Shown here in pieces: positions 1 to 10,762 of a stretch of DNA of 64,000 bases. This DNA comes from an uncultured bacterium (GTDB taxonomy: Bacteria > Eisenbacteria > RBG-16-71-46 > CAIMUX01), in contig CAYYQN010000002.1 in NCBI GenBank assembly GCA_964473865.1, forward strand, positions 145,793-209,792, read 5' to 3'. The notes below the pieces were generated by a model. The model was not told the origin of the DNA. It made no database searches and saw nothing but the letters and a program-made list of their open reading frames with translations. The position numbers were made by a program, and so were the translations under genes. Numbering within the stretch: position 1 is the stretch's first letter; every line of letters begins with the position of its first letter.

Positions 1-1609
1 CACCATTGCCATCCTGCGCGGGCTGAAGGAGCGCTATGAGGTGCACCACGGGGTGAAGATCCAGGACCGGGCCCTGGTGGCCGCGGCGCGCCTGTCCGAC
101 CGTTACATCGCCGACCGCTTCCTGCCGGATAAGGCGATCGACCTCGTTGACGAGGCCGCGTCATCGCTGCGCATGGAAATGGACTCCATGCCGGTGGAGG
201 TCGAGACCGTGCAGCGTCGGCTCATTTCCCTGGAGGTGGAGCGCGAGGCGCTGAAGGCGGAAGGCGATCCCGCTTCGAAGGAGCGGCTGCAGGCCGTGGC
301 CCGGGAGATCTCGGAGGCGACGGCGGAGAAGGACCGTCTGGTCGCCCACTGGAAGCGGGAGAAGGAGCTGGTGGGACTGATCCGCTCCGCGCGCGCCCGT
401 CTCGACCATCTCGGCAAGGAGGAAACGCAGGCCGAAAGGGAGGGCAATCTCGAGCGAGTGGCGCGAATCCGCTACGGAGACGCCCCGGCGGCCAACCGGG
501 AGATGGAGGCGGCGGAGGCGGCCCTGCGGGAGCACCAGGCGGCGTTGCGGATGCTCAAGGAGGAGGTCGATTCCGAGGACATCGCGGAGGTGGTCTCCCG
601 TTGGACCGGCATCCCGGTGGCTCGCATGCTCGAGACGGAAATGGAGAAGCTGCTCCACATGGAGGAGCGGTTGTCGCTCCGCGTCGTGGGGCAGGACGAA
701 GCCAAACGCGCGGTATCGGAAGCGGTCCGGCGCGCCCGGGCCGGGCTCTCGCCGGAGAACCGCCCTCTGGGCTCGTTTCTCTTTCTGGGCCCGACCGGGG
801 TCGGGAAGACCGAGCTGGCGCGGGCCCTCGCCGAGTTTCTCTTCGATGACGAGGGGGCGATGGTGCGCCTCGACATGTCGGAGTATGGCGAGCGCCATGC
901 GGTGGCCCGGCTGATCGGCGCGCCGCCGGGCTACGTCGGCTACGAGGAGGGGGGAGCCCTCACCGAAGCGGTGCGGCGCAAGCCCTATTGCGTTGTCCTG
1001 CTCGACGAAATCGAAAAGGCACACGCCGAGATCTGGAACGTCTTCCTGCAGATCCTTGACGACGGACGCCTGACCGACGGCCAGGGCCGGACCGTATCCT
1101 TCGCCAATGCCGTGATCATCATGACGAGCAATCTCGGTACCGAGCTGATCGGGCGCGTCGAAGGCGAACCGAGCTCAGAGTTGCGCGCGGCGGTGCAGCA
1201 GATCCTGCGGGCCCATTTCCGGCCCGAGTTCCTGAATCGCCTCGACGAGATCGTGATCTTCACCTCCCTGTCCCGCGCCCAGCTCCGCCGCATCGTCGAC
1301 CTGCAGCTGGAGGCGCTGGGCCGCACGCTGGCGCCGCGCCGCATCCGCCTGCGTGTCTCTGAAGAGGCAAAGGAGCGGCTTCTCGCCGTAGGCTGGGATC
1401 CGGAGTACGGGGCGCGACCGCTGCGCCGCGCGGTCCAGCGGGAGGTCCAGAACCGCCTGGCCACCCTGATCCTTGCGCGCGAGGTCAAAGAGGGCGATCT
1501 GGTGCGGATCGATGCGGGGCCGGCTGGTGAGTTGACCTTCCGGGCGTTGCCGCCCGAACCGGAAGACCCGGCGAATCCGCCATCCGCCGAGGGGACGCGG
1601 CGACGCTGA
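1..1609 (+). CDS. clpB: ATP-dependent chaperone ClpB, C-terminal part. The 5' end lies upstream of the window.
   Basis: Translation shows the ClpB middle coiled-coil region followed by the second AAA+ module: Walker [16 protein letters not shown], sensor and arginine finger, and the C-terminal ClpB D2-small domain. The reading frame is open from base 1. Confidence 0.9.
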   Translation, partial: TIAILRGLKERYEVHHGVKIQDRALVAAARLSDRYIADRFLPDKAIDLVDEAASSLRMEMDSMPVEVETVQRRLISLEVEREALKAEGDPASKERLQAVAREISEATAEKDRLVAHWKREKELVGLIRSARARLDHLGKEETQAEREGNLERVARIRYGDAPAANREMEAAEAALREHQAALRMLKEEVDSEDIAEVVSRWTGIPVARMLETEMEKLLHMEERLSLRVVGQDEAKRAVSEAVRRARAGLSPENRPLGSFLFLGPTGVGKTELARALAEFLFDDEGAMVRLDMSEYGERHAVARLIGAPPGYVGYEEGGALTEAVRRKPYCVVLLDEIEKAHAEIWNVFLQILDDGRLTDGQGRTVSFANAVIIMTSNLGTELIGRVEGEPSSELRAAVQQILRAHFRPEFLNRLDEIVIFTSLSRAQLRRIVDLQLEALGRTLAPRRIRLRVSEEAKERLLAVGWDPEYGARPLRRAVQREVQNRLATLILAREVKEGDLVRIDAGPAGELTFRALPPEPEDPANPPSAEGTRRR

Positions 1610-1761
1610 CAGGCTTTCCCCGACGGCCGCTCCCGAAGGCCGTTCCCGACGCTCCGGATCGGATCCGGTCCTGCGGCCTGACGGGGGAAGACGAACTGGG
1701 GGCTGGGTCCGACGGGAGCCGCTGAGGTCCGGGCGCGGGCGGCGAGGGCCGGCGAGACGAC

Positions 1762-3165
1762 TCAGTTGTCCCCGGTGAACCGGACCTGGTTCTTCCCGCG
1801 CGACTTGGCCTCCAGCAGCAGCCGGTTCGCGCCGTTCCACAGGTCGCGCACGGTGCGCCCCCCGGACGGGTAGAGCACACCGCCGACCGAGACCGTCACC
1901 CGTTCGGCCACCGTTTTACCATCCAGGCTGCGCATTGTCAGAGGTTCGTTGCCGACCTCGGAGCGCAGGCGCTCAGCGATGAGGCGCGCCTCCTCCAGCG
2001 GGACCGGAGGCGAAAGAATCGCGGCGAATTCCTCTCCGCCATAGCGAGCCAGCGTGTCGGTGTGCCGGAGGGCGGAGCGCAGGACGCAGGCCACGGTGGC
2101 CAGGACGCGGTCGCCTCCTTCGTAGCCGTGACGGGTGTTGAAGGCCTTGAAATCATCGATGTCGATGATGAGGAGGGCCAGCGACTGCCCGCGCCGGTCC
2201 GCCACCGCGATCTCCCGGGCCAGCTGCTCCTCGAAGTACGAGCGGTTGTAGACCCCCGTCAGGAAGTCATAGAAGATCAATCCCTGGAGCCGGAGGCTCA
2301 TGGAGATGAGCGTCTGGAAATGCTGAGCCACGAGGTGCGCCACCGCCATTCGCTCGCGGGTGAAGTGTTCACGGTCGGGATGGCGCAGCACGAGCAGGCC
2401 ACGCCAGCCTGTCGCCTCATCGCCCAGCCCCTCGATCAGGAAAGAGCCATCCTTGCCGAGGTCGGGGAAGAGAACGAGGCGATCGCGTTGGCGCGCCAGC
2501 GGCTCGTGCTCCGGGAACGACATCGGGAATCCGTTTCGGGTGGGAGGCGTGGGCCAGTCCTCTCCGGGAGGCTTCTCCAGCGGCTGAAACCACACGCTCG
2601 TTGCGGGAACGAGATCCTGGAGCGTCTTCTCCATTCGCGGCACGAGGTCGCGGGGAGTGAGCACGCGGTCGTGCGTCACCAGGCTTGCCTGGATGGCGAG
2701 CAGCCCCTGCACTTCGTGGTAGCGGAATCCCGTCTTGGACGACGGATCCAGCGGGAGGGGCACGGCGCGTGTCTCGGGGGCACGCGGCTGAAGCGAGAGG
2801 CGAATGCGCGCGCGCAGCTTCCGCTCCGGATCGCGCAACCGCAACCACTCGTGGCTGCCGTTGCGGGTTCGCTCCATCACGATGAGTTTTCCGCGTTCGA
2901 CAAGCGACTCCACCAGCCGGCGAGTGACCTGCTCGGTTTCTCCGGGAACCCGTTCGCGGAGGATGCGGTCCAGCATGGCCTGCTCCTCCCAGGTGAGCGG
3001 AGCAGTGGCCACGACCTCGCGCAGGAAGTCGAGGTAGCTGATCGGGATGCGTCTCAAGATGGGGCTGCCTCGTACGCCCGGCTCGTTGTCCGGCCGGAAG
3101 GTTCCGCGAACGATCCGGTTTCCCGGAGATTTCTTGTCCCATAGGAGCATACCATTGAACATCAT
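1762..3165 (-). CDS. Diguanylate cyclase (GGDEF domain) with an N-terminal GAF-like sensor region
   Basis: C-terminal half carries the canonical GGDEF domain (YNRSYF...IDIDDFKAFNTRHGYEGGD...RYGGEEFA). The N-terminal roughly 280 aa has a sensory-domain-like character. Confidence 0.8.
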   Translation of the reverse strand: MMFNGMLLWDKKSPGNRIVRGTFRPDNEPGVRGSPILRRIPISYLDFLREVVATAPLTWEEQAMLDRILRERVPGETEQVTRRLVESLVERGKLIVMERTRNGSHEWLRLRDPERKLRARIRLSLQPRAPETRAVPLPLDPSSKTGFRYHEVQGLLAIQASLVTHDRVLTPRDLVPRMEKTLQDLVPATSVWFQPLEKPPGEDWPTPPTRNGFPMSFPEHEPLARQRDRLVLFPDLGKDGSFLIEGLGDEATGWRGLLVLRHPDREHFTRERMAVAHLVAQHFQTLISMSLRLQGLIFYDFLTGVYNRSYFEEQLAREIAVADRRGQSLALLIIDIDDFKAFNTRHGYEGGDRVLATVACVLRSALRHTDTLARYGGEEFAAILSPPVPLEEARLIAERLRSEVGNEPLTMRSLDGKTVAERVTVSVGGVLYPSGGRTVRDLWNGANRLLLEAKSRGKNQVRFTGDN

Positions 3166-3430
3166 CCGGCCTCAAGGTCCCGCACCACGCGGGCAAAGGT
3201 AGTGTATCCGGAGTAGTCGCTTTGATGCACGCATGATATCCGATCAGCCCGAGATTCGTCCCGGCAGCCTTTGAGACGGCTCCGCGCGGCCCGGGGGCGG
3301 GTCCGTTGATCGGCGGCGGGGAGGGCCCAGGCGGGCGTTGACATCTTTCCCCGCTGGGGGATACCCTTGTCGTTGGGTAGGACTTGCTCAGGCCGACCGG
3401 GATCCGCCCGGCCGGCTGGAGGTTGATGTC

Positions 3431-3784
3431 ATGGTTCGCCAGACCAAGTGTCGTTTCGTCCTGGTGTTGTTCCTGGCAGCCGCGTTGGGTGGGCTCCTCG
3501 TGCCCGCCTCGGTGCTGGCGGGGCCCCCGGGGGGCGGTGGGAGTGCCATCGGAAACCATCCCGGGGATCCTCAGCTGGATGGAGGTTCCGGCGGAGGGGG
3601 TCTGCTCGGATCAGGCGATCCCGACGAGCTGGGGATCTATCGCATGCAGTCGGCGTTGCCCGGCGAAAATCCCGGACCGGCGCAGGTTGTTCCTCCGCGG
3701 GCAGAACCGGAGCCCGGCGAGGCGTTGTCGACACTGCGCATGCTCTGGAGATTCCTGCTGGGATACCGGGTCGCGGGGCTCTAG
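3431..3784 (+). CDS. Small secreted Gly/Pro-rich hypothetical protein
   Basis: ATG at 3431 is followed by a signal-peptide-like hydrophobic stretch (FVLVLFLAAALGGLLVPASVLA), then GGGGS/GSGGGG low-complexity sequence. No recognisable homology, and the ORF lies in a 670-nt intergenic gap. Confidence 0.3.
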   Translation: MVRQTKCRFVLVLFLAAALGGLLVPASVLAGPPGGGGSAIGNHPGDPQLDGGSGGGGLLGSGDPDELGIYRMQSALPGENPGPAQVVPPRAEPEPGEALSTLRMLWRFLLGYRVAGL

Positions 3785-3839
3785 CAGACGTTGGATCCAC
3801 GGACGGTTGTGACCCGGCTGTCCGGGTCAGCGTCAAACC

Positions 3840-6800
3840 ATGGAAGAACGACATCAGCAGCCATCCGGGCAGACCGCCCGGGAGCGAGACACCGAAGCGA
3901 TCCCGCCGGGACAGCCTGAGGTGGTGACCCGGCGGGCCGCAAGACCTGCGCCTGACCTGGGCGCGGCGGACCTCTACATCCGCGCCGGCGACATCAGCAC
4001 CGCCCTTTCTTCGCTGCAGGAGTTGGCGTGCCTGCCTGAGTACGCCGCAGATCTCGGCCTCGCGCGGCGGACGGCATTCTGTCTGGAGAAACTCAGCCGT
4101 TACGGCGAGGTCATCGCTCTCCTCGAACACGCCCTGGCCGCCTCGCCGCTGCCCCACGAGTTGGAAGCTGCGGAGCGTGCGGAGCTCGCGCGGTGCCGGC
4201 TCATCCTGGGTAAAGCGCTCCTGGAGGCGGGCCGTCTTGCGGAGGCCGAGGTTCAGGGGCAGTTGGCGCTCGCCGCCGTGGAGGGTTCGGCCGGGGGGCC
4301 CGAAACCGGCTTTGTGCGGAATCTCCTGGGGGGGATCCGGTTCCGCCGCGGCGACACGGAAGAGGCGCGCGTCCATTTCCGCGCCGCGTTGGAGCACTTC
4401 CGCCACGGCGGCGATGTGGCGAACCTGGCTCTGGCCTACATCAACCTCGGCCATCTCCATCGGCAGCAGTGCGAGTGGGATCGGGCGCTGGAGCACTACC
4501 AGGCGGCCTACTACCTGCGAGCCACGGAGGGGGAGTTCCAGGACCAGGGGGCGATTCTGCAGAACCTCGCCCTGGTTCTGATGAGGATCGGTCGGTTCGA
4601 GGAGGCGGCGGAGAAGCTCGCGTCCAGCCTGCGCCGGGCGATCGAGATGGGCGAACCGGCGCGGGCCTTGCGGGCTCGGCTCGCCCTGGCGCGGCTCCAC
4701 CGCGAGACGTGGCACAGTGACGAGGCGCGGGCGGTGCTGGCCGAGGCGAACACGCAGACCGCGCCGCCGCCGCCCGGTCGTGAAGGATGTCTCCTGATTC
4801 TGGAAGAGGCTCTCCTGGCGCGCTTCGACGGACGCGCCGAGGAGGCCGCGAAGCTGGCCGATCGGCTGCGCGCCCGTGTCGAGACCCTCGCCTCGCGGGG
4901 CGACCTCATGATCGAGTCGCTCCTGCTGGACGGCTATCTGGCCCTCGATCGAGGCGACACCGCCGAGGCGGCGGACGACATCCGCCGGGCGGTCGATCTG
5001 GCGCGCACGGACCGTGACCGCTTTGCGGAGAATCGCGCGCTTCTTTCGCTTCTAGAGCTTCACTTGGGGTGCGGAGAGGCCGAGCCCGCGTCTGACATCG
5101 TGCGCACCTTGCGCGACCGGCATCTGCACAGCGGGGAGCAGCCCGCGCTCGCGCGGGTGATGCTGTATGCCGGGCGAATCGAACAGGAGGTTCGCGGCGA
5201 CGCGGGGAAGGCGCTCGAGTGGTACACGCGTTCGCGCGACCTCTGGCGTCGCATGAGTTGCCATCGGCTGGAGGCAGTTGCCGAACTGCGTCTGGCCGGA
5301 GCTCTCGCCGATCTCGGGCGTACGCCCGAGGCGGAGGCTACGCTGCATCGGGTGCACGAGCAGCTGTCGTCCGAGGATCTGGCCGCGCCGGCGCTGGCGG
5401 GGTTGCTGGCCGATCTCGAGGCCAGGATTGCGGACGGCGTGCCGGCGACGTCCGCGCCGAGCATCGACGGCGGCCGCGCCTGGGCTCGCCTCGAGGAGCT
5501 GTTCCTCTCTTCCGCGAGCAGCGGAGAAAAGCTCCGCGGCCTGGTCCTGGTCCTGGTGGAGGCGCTGGAGGCTGATGGCGGCCTGCTGGCGCGCGTAGGC
5601 CGGGAGGGGTTGGAGGTGGTCTCCTCCGTCTCCATGGGGCGAATCCAGGGGAAGCGGCAGCTCCCGCCGGCGACGCTCGGAGCTGACTTGAACCGGGCGG
5701 TGATCCGGCGAAACCTGCGAGTAGCGGACGGCCGGGAGGAAGTGAGTCTTGCCCTCTCTTGGCCGGTCGAGCTGTTTGGCCGGCCGCACGTCGCCTGGGT
5801 GGAGCGCCGGGAACCGGGACGCGCGCCGTGGACCCGCGGCGATCTCGACTACGGGCACGCCCTGTTGGCGGGCGCGACGCGGGACCTCCGACCGCTGGTG
5901 CCGGAGCGAAGCTCCCAGGCGGCGAGCATGTCGCGCCCCGGTGCCGGCGCGCCGGCGAGTGAGATCCTGGATGGAGCGCTCCACCTCGCCGATGTGGTCA
6001 CGCAGAACCATCGGATGCTCGGCATCCTCGAGCTGGTGCGCAAGGTGGCGAGCAGCGATCTCACCGTTCTCCTGCAGGGAGAGACCGGCACGGGGAAGAA
6101 GCTCCTGGCGGAGGTGGTGCATCGGGCGGGAGAACGGCGGGGCCGGCCTTTTGTGACCGTCGACTGCGCGGCCCTCCCGGACAGCCTGCTCGAAAGCGAG
6201 CTCTTCGGCCACCGCAAGGGCGCATTCACCGGCGCGGCCGCCGACCGGGTCGGATTGCTGGAAGAGGCGAACGGCGGAACGATCTTCCTCGACGAGATCG
6301 ACAAGGCGGGATTGTCGGTGCAGCGGCGCTTCCTGCACATGCTCGACTCGGGGGAGGTGCGCCCGGTGGGCGCCACCACCTACAAGCGGCTGGACGTACG
6401 TGTCGTCTGCGCCACGAGCTGTCCCGACCTCCGGCAAGAGGTGGCCGCCGGACGGTTCCTGAAGGACCTGTTCTATCGCCTCAACGATATCTCGGTAACG
6501 GTCCCGGCTCTGCGGGAAAGGCCGGACGACATTGTGCTGCTTGCCGAGTGGTTCGCGGAGCAGTTTGCGCGCAAGCTGGGCCGGACCGTGGCTGGACTCT
6601 CTCCATCGTTCCGGGCCGCGCTGAACGCGCATTCCTGGCCGGGCAACGTTCGAGAGCTGGAGAAGGCGGTTCGTCGGGCCGTGACCCTCGCGGAAGACGG
6701 CGCGATCCTGGGCCCGGAATTGCTGCCCGCGGCCGTTCTGGAATCGCTGGACTCTGCGCGGGAAGCCGACGGGGGCACGCTCAAGGCGAAGGTGGAGCAA

Positions 6801-6944
6801 TACGAGTCCGGGCTGATCCTGCATACCCTCGATCGGCTGGGGTGGAACAAGAGCCGGGCGGCGGTCGACCTTGGGCTCTCGCGGAGGGGCTTGAAGGGGA
6901 AGATCGAAAGGTACAGACTGGACAGACGCCGATCCCGCCGCTGA
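3840..6944 (+). CDS. Sigma-54-dependent transcriptional activator with a long N-terminal TPR-like, predicted helical-repeat sensor region
   Basis: C-terminal third has the sigma-54 interaction AAA+ domain ([48 protein letters not shown]) followed by a Fis-type HTH. The N-terminal roughly 650 aa is Leu/Ala-rich and reads as TPR-like helical repeats, though no individual TPR motifs were delineated. Confidence 0.85.
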   Translation: MEERHQQPSGQTARERDTEAIPPGQPEVVTRRAARPAPDLGAADLYIRAGDISTALSSLQELACLPEYAADLGLARRTAFCLEKLSRYGEVIALLEHALAASPLPHELEAAERAELARCRLILGKALLEAGRLAEAEVQGQLALAAVEGSAGGPETGFVRNLLGGIRFRRGDTEEARVHFRAALEHFRHGGDVANLALAYINLGHLHRQQCEWDRALEHYQAAYYLRATEGEFQDQGAILQNLALVLMRIGRFEEAAEKLASSLRRAIEMGEPARALRARLALARLHRETWHSDEARAVLAEANTQTAPPPPGREGCLLILEEALLARFDGRAEEAAKLADRLRARVETLASRGDLMIESLLLDGYLALDRGDTAEAADDIRRAVDLARTDRDRFAENRALLSLLELHLGCGEAEPASDIVRTLRDRHLHSGEQPALARVMLYAGRIEQEVRGDAGKALEWYTRSRDLWRRMSCHRLEAVAELRLAGALADLGRTPEAEATLHRVHEQLSSEDLAAPALAGLLADLEARIADGVPATSAPSIDGGRAWARLEELFLSSASSGEKLRGLVLVLVEALEADGGLLARVGREGLEVVSSVSMGRIQGKRQLPPATLGADLNRAVIRRNLRVADGREEVSLALSWPVELFGRPHVAWVERREPGRAPWTRGDLDYGHALLAGATRDLRPLVPERSSQAASMSRPGAGAPASEILDGALHLADVVTQNHRMLGILELVRKVASSDLTVLLQGETGTGKKLLAEVVHRAGERRGRPFVTVDCAALPDSLLESELFGHRKGAFTGAAADRVGLLEEANGGTIFLDEIDKAGLSVQRRFLHMLDSGEVRPVGATTYKRLDVRVVCATSCPDLRQEVAAGRFLKDLFYRLNDISVTVPALRERPDDIVLLAEWFAEQFARKLGRTVAGLSPSFRAALNAHSWPGNVRELEKAVRRAVTLAEDGAILGPELLPAAVLESLDSAREADGGTLKAKVEQYESGLILHTLDRLGWNKSRAAVDLGLSRRGLKGKIERYRLDRRRSRR

Positions 6945-6986
6945 GAGGGGGAGGGTGGCCGGGGAAGACCCCGGTTGCGGACCAGA

Positions 6987-7013
6987 CCCAGCGATTCGCT
7001 GGCGGTTTTTTTT
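6987..7013 (+). terminator. Rho-independent terminator after the sigma-54 activator gene
   Basis: Palindrome CCAGCGATTCGCTGG followed directly by a T8 run (ggcggttttttttgac). Confidence 0.5.
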
Positions 7014-7046
7014 GACTGATGGGCGGGAACTCCGCCGGCTTGGAGC

Positions 7047-7511
7047 ATGAGCTTAGGAGCACTCATCCAGGAGGACTGCGTCCTTCTCGACATCCCCTGT
7101 ACGGACAAGGGCGATCTGATCCGCCACATGGTGGATGCGCTGGTGCGCGCCGGCCGGGTGCCCGACGCCGGCCCGGTGGTGCACGCTCTCCTGGAACGCG
7201 AGCGGGTCATGAGCACCGGGATCGGCGGAGGGGTGGCGATTCCCCACGCCCAGTGCCCGAGCGTCCCGGCCCTGGCGGTGGTGCTCGCCCGCCCTTCCTC
7301 CGGCGTGGACTTCGACTCGCTCGACGAGAAGCCGGTGCGGCTGGTCTTCATGATCGTGGGTCCGGAGGAGCGTGGCGGGTTCATCCGGGTGCTGGCCCGC
7401 ATCTCGCGCCTGCTCTACTCGGGTGATCTGCAGGTGAGGCTCCTCGAGGCCAAGGCCCCGGGCGACGTCCAGCGCATCATCTCCGAGGAGGAAGAGAGAC
7501 TCCGTGGCTGA
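7047..7511 (+). CDS. ptsN: PTS EIIA-Ntr nitrogen regulatory protein (PtsN)
   Basis: 154-aa protein of the PTS EIIA type-2 family, including the conserved His-containing segment GIGGGVAIPHA. It sits adjacent to a sigma-54 activator. Confidence 0.8.
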   Translation: MSLGALIQEDCVLLDIPCTDKGDLIRHMVDALVRAGRVPDAGPVVHALLERERVMSTGIGGGVAIPHAQCPSVPALAVVLARPSSGVDFDSLDEKPVRLVFMIVGPEERGGFIRVLARISRLLYSGDLQVRLLEAKAPGDVQRIISEEEERLRG

Positions 7512-7947
7512 GGGCGCGCGGCCCGTCGGCGTTGCGGCCGGCGGGCGTCGATGGGTCTCCGCCTGGCTGCCGGTCCTCGTGCTTGAAGCGCTGGTGCTGT
7601 TCCTCTCCAGCCGCTCGCATGTGCCGTTGCCGCGGACGATTCCGTATCTGGACAAGGCCGCGCACTTTGTCGAGTATGCTCTGCTCGGTTGGCTGTTGCG
7701 CCGGGCGTTTGTGATGACGCTCCGCCACGATCGGGGCGCAACCGCCGCGGCCATCGTGCTGGCCGCAGTGCTCGGGGCCGGAGATGAGCTGTTCCAGAGC
7801 ACCGTTGCGGGAAGGGATTCGAGCCCGTGGGACTGGCTGGCGGACTCCTGGGGCGCGATCGTCGGCGTCGCCCTGGCATGGTGGACGGCTCGAAGCCGGG
7901 CTCGGGTGGCCGTCACGCTGGACGAAGCGGAAGGGACGAAGGGATGA
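7504..7947 (+). CDS. VanZ-like family membrane protein
   Basis: Small hydrophobic protein with VanZ-like features (DKAAHFVEYALLG ... GAGDELFQS). It overlaps the ptsN stop and the aspS start. Confidence 0.55.
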   Translation: MAEGARPVGVAAGGRRWVSAWLPVLVLEALVLFLSSRSHVPLPRTIPYLDKAAHFVEYALLGWLLRRAFVMTLRHDRGATAAAIVLAAVLGAGDELFQSTVAGRDSSPWDWLADSWGAIVGVALAWWTARSRARVAVTLDEAEGTKG

Positions 7948-9743
7948 AACTCGACCACCTGGCAGGTTTTCGCCGAACCCACCGGTGCGGCGAGCTTGAC
8001 CGCTCCCAGACCGGGCAGCGGGTACGGCTCTGCGGATGGGTGCACCGGTTGCGCGATCACGGGGGAGTCCTCTTTCTCGACCTGAGGGACCGAACCGGAC
8101 TGGTGCAGGTCGTGTTTCGGCCCGGTGACGGGCCCGATCATCCCTCCGCGCGGGCGCGGCGTCTGGGGAGCGAGTTCGTGGTCGCGGTGGAGGGAGAGTG
8201 CGTTCCCCGGCCCGAGAACATGGTCAATCCGCAGATGCCCACGGGTGCCGTGGAAGTCGAGGCCACGAGCCTCTTCGTGCTCAACGATTCGGAAACGCCG
8301 CCGTTCGTGCTCGAGGAGGCGCCCAGCGCCGGCGAGGACTTGCGCCTCGAATACCGCTACCTGGACCTGCGGCGACCGGAGCTGGCCTCCGTGCTCGGCC
8401 TGCGGCACCGTGTCGCCCAGGCGGTCCGTGGTTATCTCGACAAGCAGGACTTCTGGGAAATCGAGACCCCGGTGCTGGTCCGGCCCACCCCCGAGGGCGC
8501 GCGGGACTACCTGGTTCCCAGTCGGACCCACCCGGGCAGCTTCTACGCCTTGCCGCAGTCGCCTCAGCTGTACAAGCAGCTCCTGATGGTCTCGGGCATG
8601 GATCGCTACTACCAGCTCGCGCGCTGTCTTCGGGACGAGGACCTGCGCGCGGATCGCCAGCCCGAGCATACCCAGATCGACCTCGAGATGTCGTTCGTCG
8701 GTGAGGAGGAAGTCTACGCCCTGATCGAGGGGCTGATGCGGGACGTCTTCGGCCGCGTGCTCGAGACCGAGATCCCCACCCCGTTTCCGCGCCTGGTCTA
8801 CCGCGAGGCCATGGATCGCTACGGCAGCGACAAGCCGGACCTCCGGTTCGGATTCAACCTGGTCGATGCCGCCGAGGCGGTGCAGGGCTCGGGTTTCAAG
8901 GTATTTGACGAGACCCTGGCCGCGGGCGGGAGCGTCATGCTGCTCCGCTGGCCCGGAGGGGCGGCCTTCTCGCGCAAGGAGCAGGACGAGCTGGAGGAGG
9001 TGGCGAAGCGATACGGGGCGAAGGGGCTGGCGCGGGCCAAGGTGACGGCCGCGGGACTCGAAGGCGGACCGGCGAAGTTCCTCTCTGCCGAGGTCCAGCG
9101 GGCGCTCATCGAGGCAGCCGCGGCGGTTGAGGGCGATCTGCTCTGCCTGGTGGCCGACCGCCGGGAGGTCGCGTGCCGCAGCCTGGGGGCGCTGCGCTCC
9201 CGCCTGGGGGCGGCGTGGTTGGCGGAGAACCCGGACGCGGCCAGGCCGTGGCGCTTCCTGTGGGTCACCGAGTTCCCGCTCTTCGAACCCGATCCCCAGA
9301 CCGGCGTTCTGGCTCCGGCGCACCATCTGTTCACCATGCCGCTGGAGAAGGATCTGCCGCTCGTCGAGAGCGATCCGGCGCGGGTGCGGGGCCGCCTGTA
9401 CGATCTCGTTCTCAACGGCTTTGAACTCGGCTCGGGGAGCATTCGGATCCACCGCCGCGACATCCAGGAGGCGGTGATGAACGTCGTGGGCATCACCGGC
9501 GAAGATGCGGAGCGGCGGTTCGGATTCCTCCTCAAGGCATTTCAATACGGCGCGCCTCCGCACGGGGGGATCGCCCTCGGCCTCGATCGGATCATCATGC
9601 TCATGGCCGGTCGCCCCTCCTTGCGGGACACCATTGCGTTTCCGAAGACGACGAGCGCTTCTTCGTTGGTGGACGGGTGCCCGGCGCCGGTGGCGCCGGA
9701 GGACCTGCGCGAGCTGAGGCTGCGCGTCGACCCGGGGATGTGA
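7944..9743 (+). CDS. aspS: Aspartyl-tRNA synthetase
   Basis: ATG at 7944 (MKLDHLAGFRRTHRCGEL...). The N-terminal anticodon-binding OB fold and class II catalytic motifs (FRDEDLRADRQPEHTQIDLEMSF; GGIALGLDRIIML) are present. Confidence 0.9.
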   Translation: MKLDHLAGFRRTHRCGELDRSQTGQRVRLCGWVHRLRDHGGVLFLDLRDRTGLVQVVFRPGDGPDHPSARARRLGSEFVVAVEGECVPRPENMVNPQMPTGAVEVEATSLFVLNDSETPPFVLEEAPSAGEDLRLEYRYLDLRRPELASVLGLRHRVAQAVRGYLDKQDFWEIETPVLVRPTPEGARDYLVPSRTHPGSFYALPQSPQLYKQLLMVSGMDRYYQLARCLRDEDLRADRQPEHTQIDLEMSFVGEEEVYALIEGLMRDVFGRVLETEIPTPFPRLVYREAMDRYGSDKPDLRFGFNLVDAAEAVQGSGFKVFDETLAAGGSVMLLRWPGGAAFSRKEQDELEEVAKRYGAKGLARAKVTAAGLEGGPAKFLSAEVQRALIEAAAAVEGDLLCLVADRREVACRSLGALRSRLGAAWLAENPDAARPWRFLWVTEFPLFEPDPQTGVLAPAHHLFTMPLEKDLPLVESDPARVRGRLYDLVLNGFELGSGSIRIHRRDIQEAVMNVVGITGEDAERRFGFLLKAFQYGAPPHGGIALGLDRIIMLMAGRPSLRDTIAFPKTTSASSLVDGCPAPVAPEDLRELRLRVDPGM

Positions 9744-9787
9744 GGCCGCCGGTCCGGGCGCCGCGTCCAGGAAGGGAGAGAGTAGAA

Positions 9788-10570
9788 ATGAGCAACGGAC
9801 CCGAGGAGGCGCGCCTCGCGCTCTTCATCGACTTCGAGAACATTGCGCTGGGGCTGAAGGGCCGCAAGAGCAAGAGTTTCGACATTCACCGCATCCTGGA
9901 GCGGCTTCTCGAGAAAGGTCGGATCATCGCCAAACGGGCCTATGCCGACTGGACGCGGTATGCCGACTTTCGCGCCGCCCTGCATGAGGCGGCGATCGAG
10001 CTGATCGAGGTGCCGAAGCGGTCCCAGACCGGCAAGAACTCCGCCGACATCCGGCTGGTCGTGGACGCTCTCGACCTCTGCTACACCAAGGAGCACCTCG
10101 ACACCTTCGTGATCGTGTCGGGCGACAGCGACTTCTCCCCCCTGGTCTCCAAGCTGAAGGAGAACAACAAGCGGGTGATCGGGTTGGGGCTGCGTGACGC
10201 CACTTCGGCGCTCCTGGCGGACAACTGCGATGAGTTTCTGTTCTACGAGGACCTGGAGTCGCCATCGGTGGGGCGCAAGGCCGAGCGGGCCGCTGCCGGC
10301 GGCGTCGCCGTCTCGGGGAAGAAGCAGGAGGCGTTCGACCTCCTCCTCGACGCGATCGAGGCCCTTCTTCGGGAGAACAAGGACATCTTGTGGAGTTCCA
10401 TGATCAAGGACACGATCAAGCGGAAGAAGCCGGCCTTCAGCGAGAACAGCTATGGGTATCGGGCCTTCAGCGAGTTGCTGGAGGATGCCGCCCGGCACGA
10501 GCTGATCCAGATCACTCGGGACACCAAATCGGGTGGAACATATGTGGTGACGGAGGTTCGGTTTCCGTAG
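9788..10570 (+). CDS. NYN-domain (LabA/DUF88-like) protein with C-terminal OST-HTH/LOTUS domain
   Basis: N-terminal NYN fold (LALFIDFENIA...VIVSGDSDFSPLV) and a C-terminal OST-HTH-like segment. ATG at 9788. Confidence 0.75.
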   Translation: MSNGPEEARLALFIDFENIALGLKGRKSKSFDIHRILERLLEKGRIIAKRAYADWTRYADFRAALHEAAIELIEVPKRSQTGKNSADIRLVVDALDLCYTKEHLDTFVIVSGDSDFSPLVSKLKENNKRVIGLGLRDATSALLADNCDEFLFYEDLESPSVGRKAERAAAGGVAVSGKKQEAFDLLLDAIEALLRENKDILWSSMIKDTIKRKKPAFSENSYGYRAFSELLEDAARHELIQITRDTKSGGTYVVTEVRFP

Positions 10571-10762
10571 CCGGCCTCTGCGGAGACGTTGAGGCGCGGG
10601 ATCGCGGCGGCCGGGCCGCTGGCGGACGGTTGGCGGGCGCGGGCCTCCGGCGGCGGGCGACCCCCGGGGCGGGATGGCCGGTCTGGGCTTCAGCACCCCG
10701 CTGGTGCTACCATGTTCAGGATTGATGGCCGATAACGCAGGGCAGGACCAGGAGGTAGGTGG

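Noticed and set aside
103-1880. Several long minus-strand ORFs (103..447, 161..1024, 472..876, 985..1488, 1175..1840, 1485..1880) antisense to clpB
   Set aside because: They lie entirely antisense to, or overlap, a gene with unambiguous ClpB homology. The translations are Arg/Pro/Ala/Ser-rich low complexity, as expected from reading a 70% GC sequence in the wrong frame.
5052-6824. 590-aa minus-strand ORF inside the sigma-54 activator gene
   Set aside because: It is antisense to a gene with clear AAA+/sigma-54 motifs. Its translation is Arg/Pro/Gly-rich with no recognisable domain, so it is a GC-driven artefact.
7053-9563. 836-aa minus-strand ORF spanning ptsN, the VanZ-like gene and aspS
   Set aside because: It is antisense to three well-supported + strand genes. 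Its composition is Arg/Ala/Gly/Pro low complexity.
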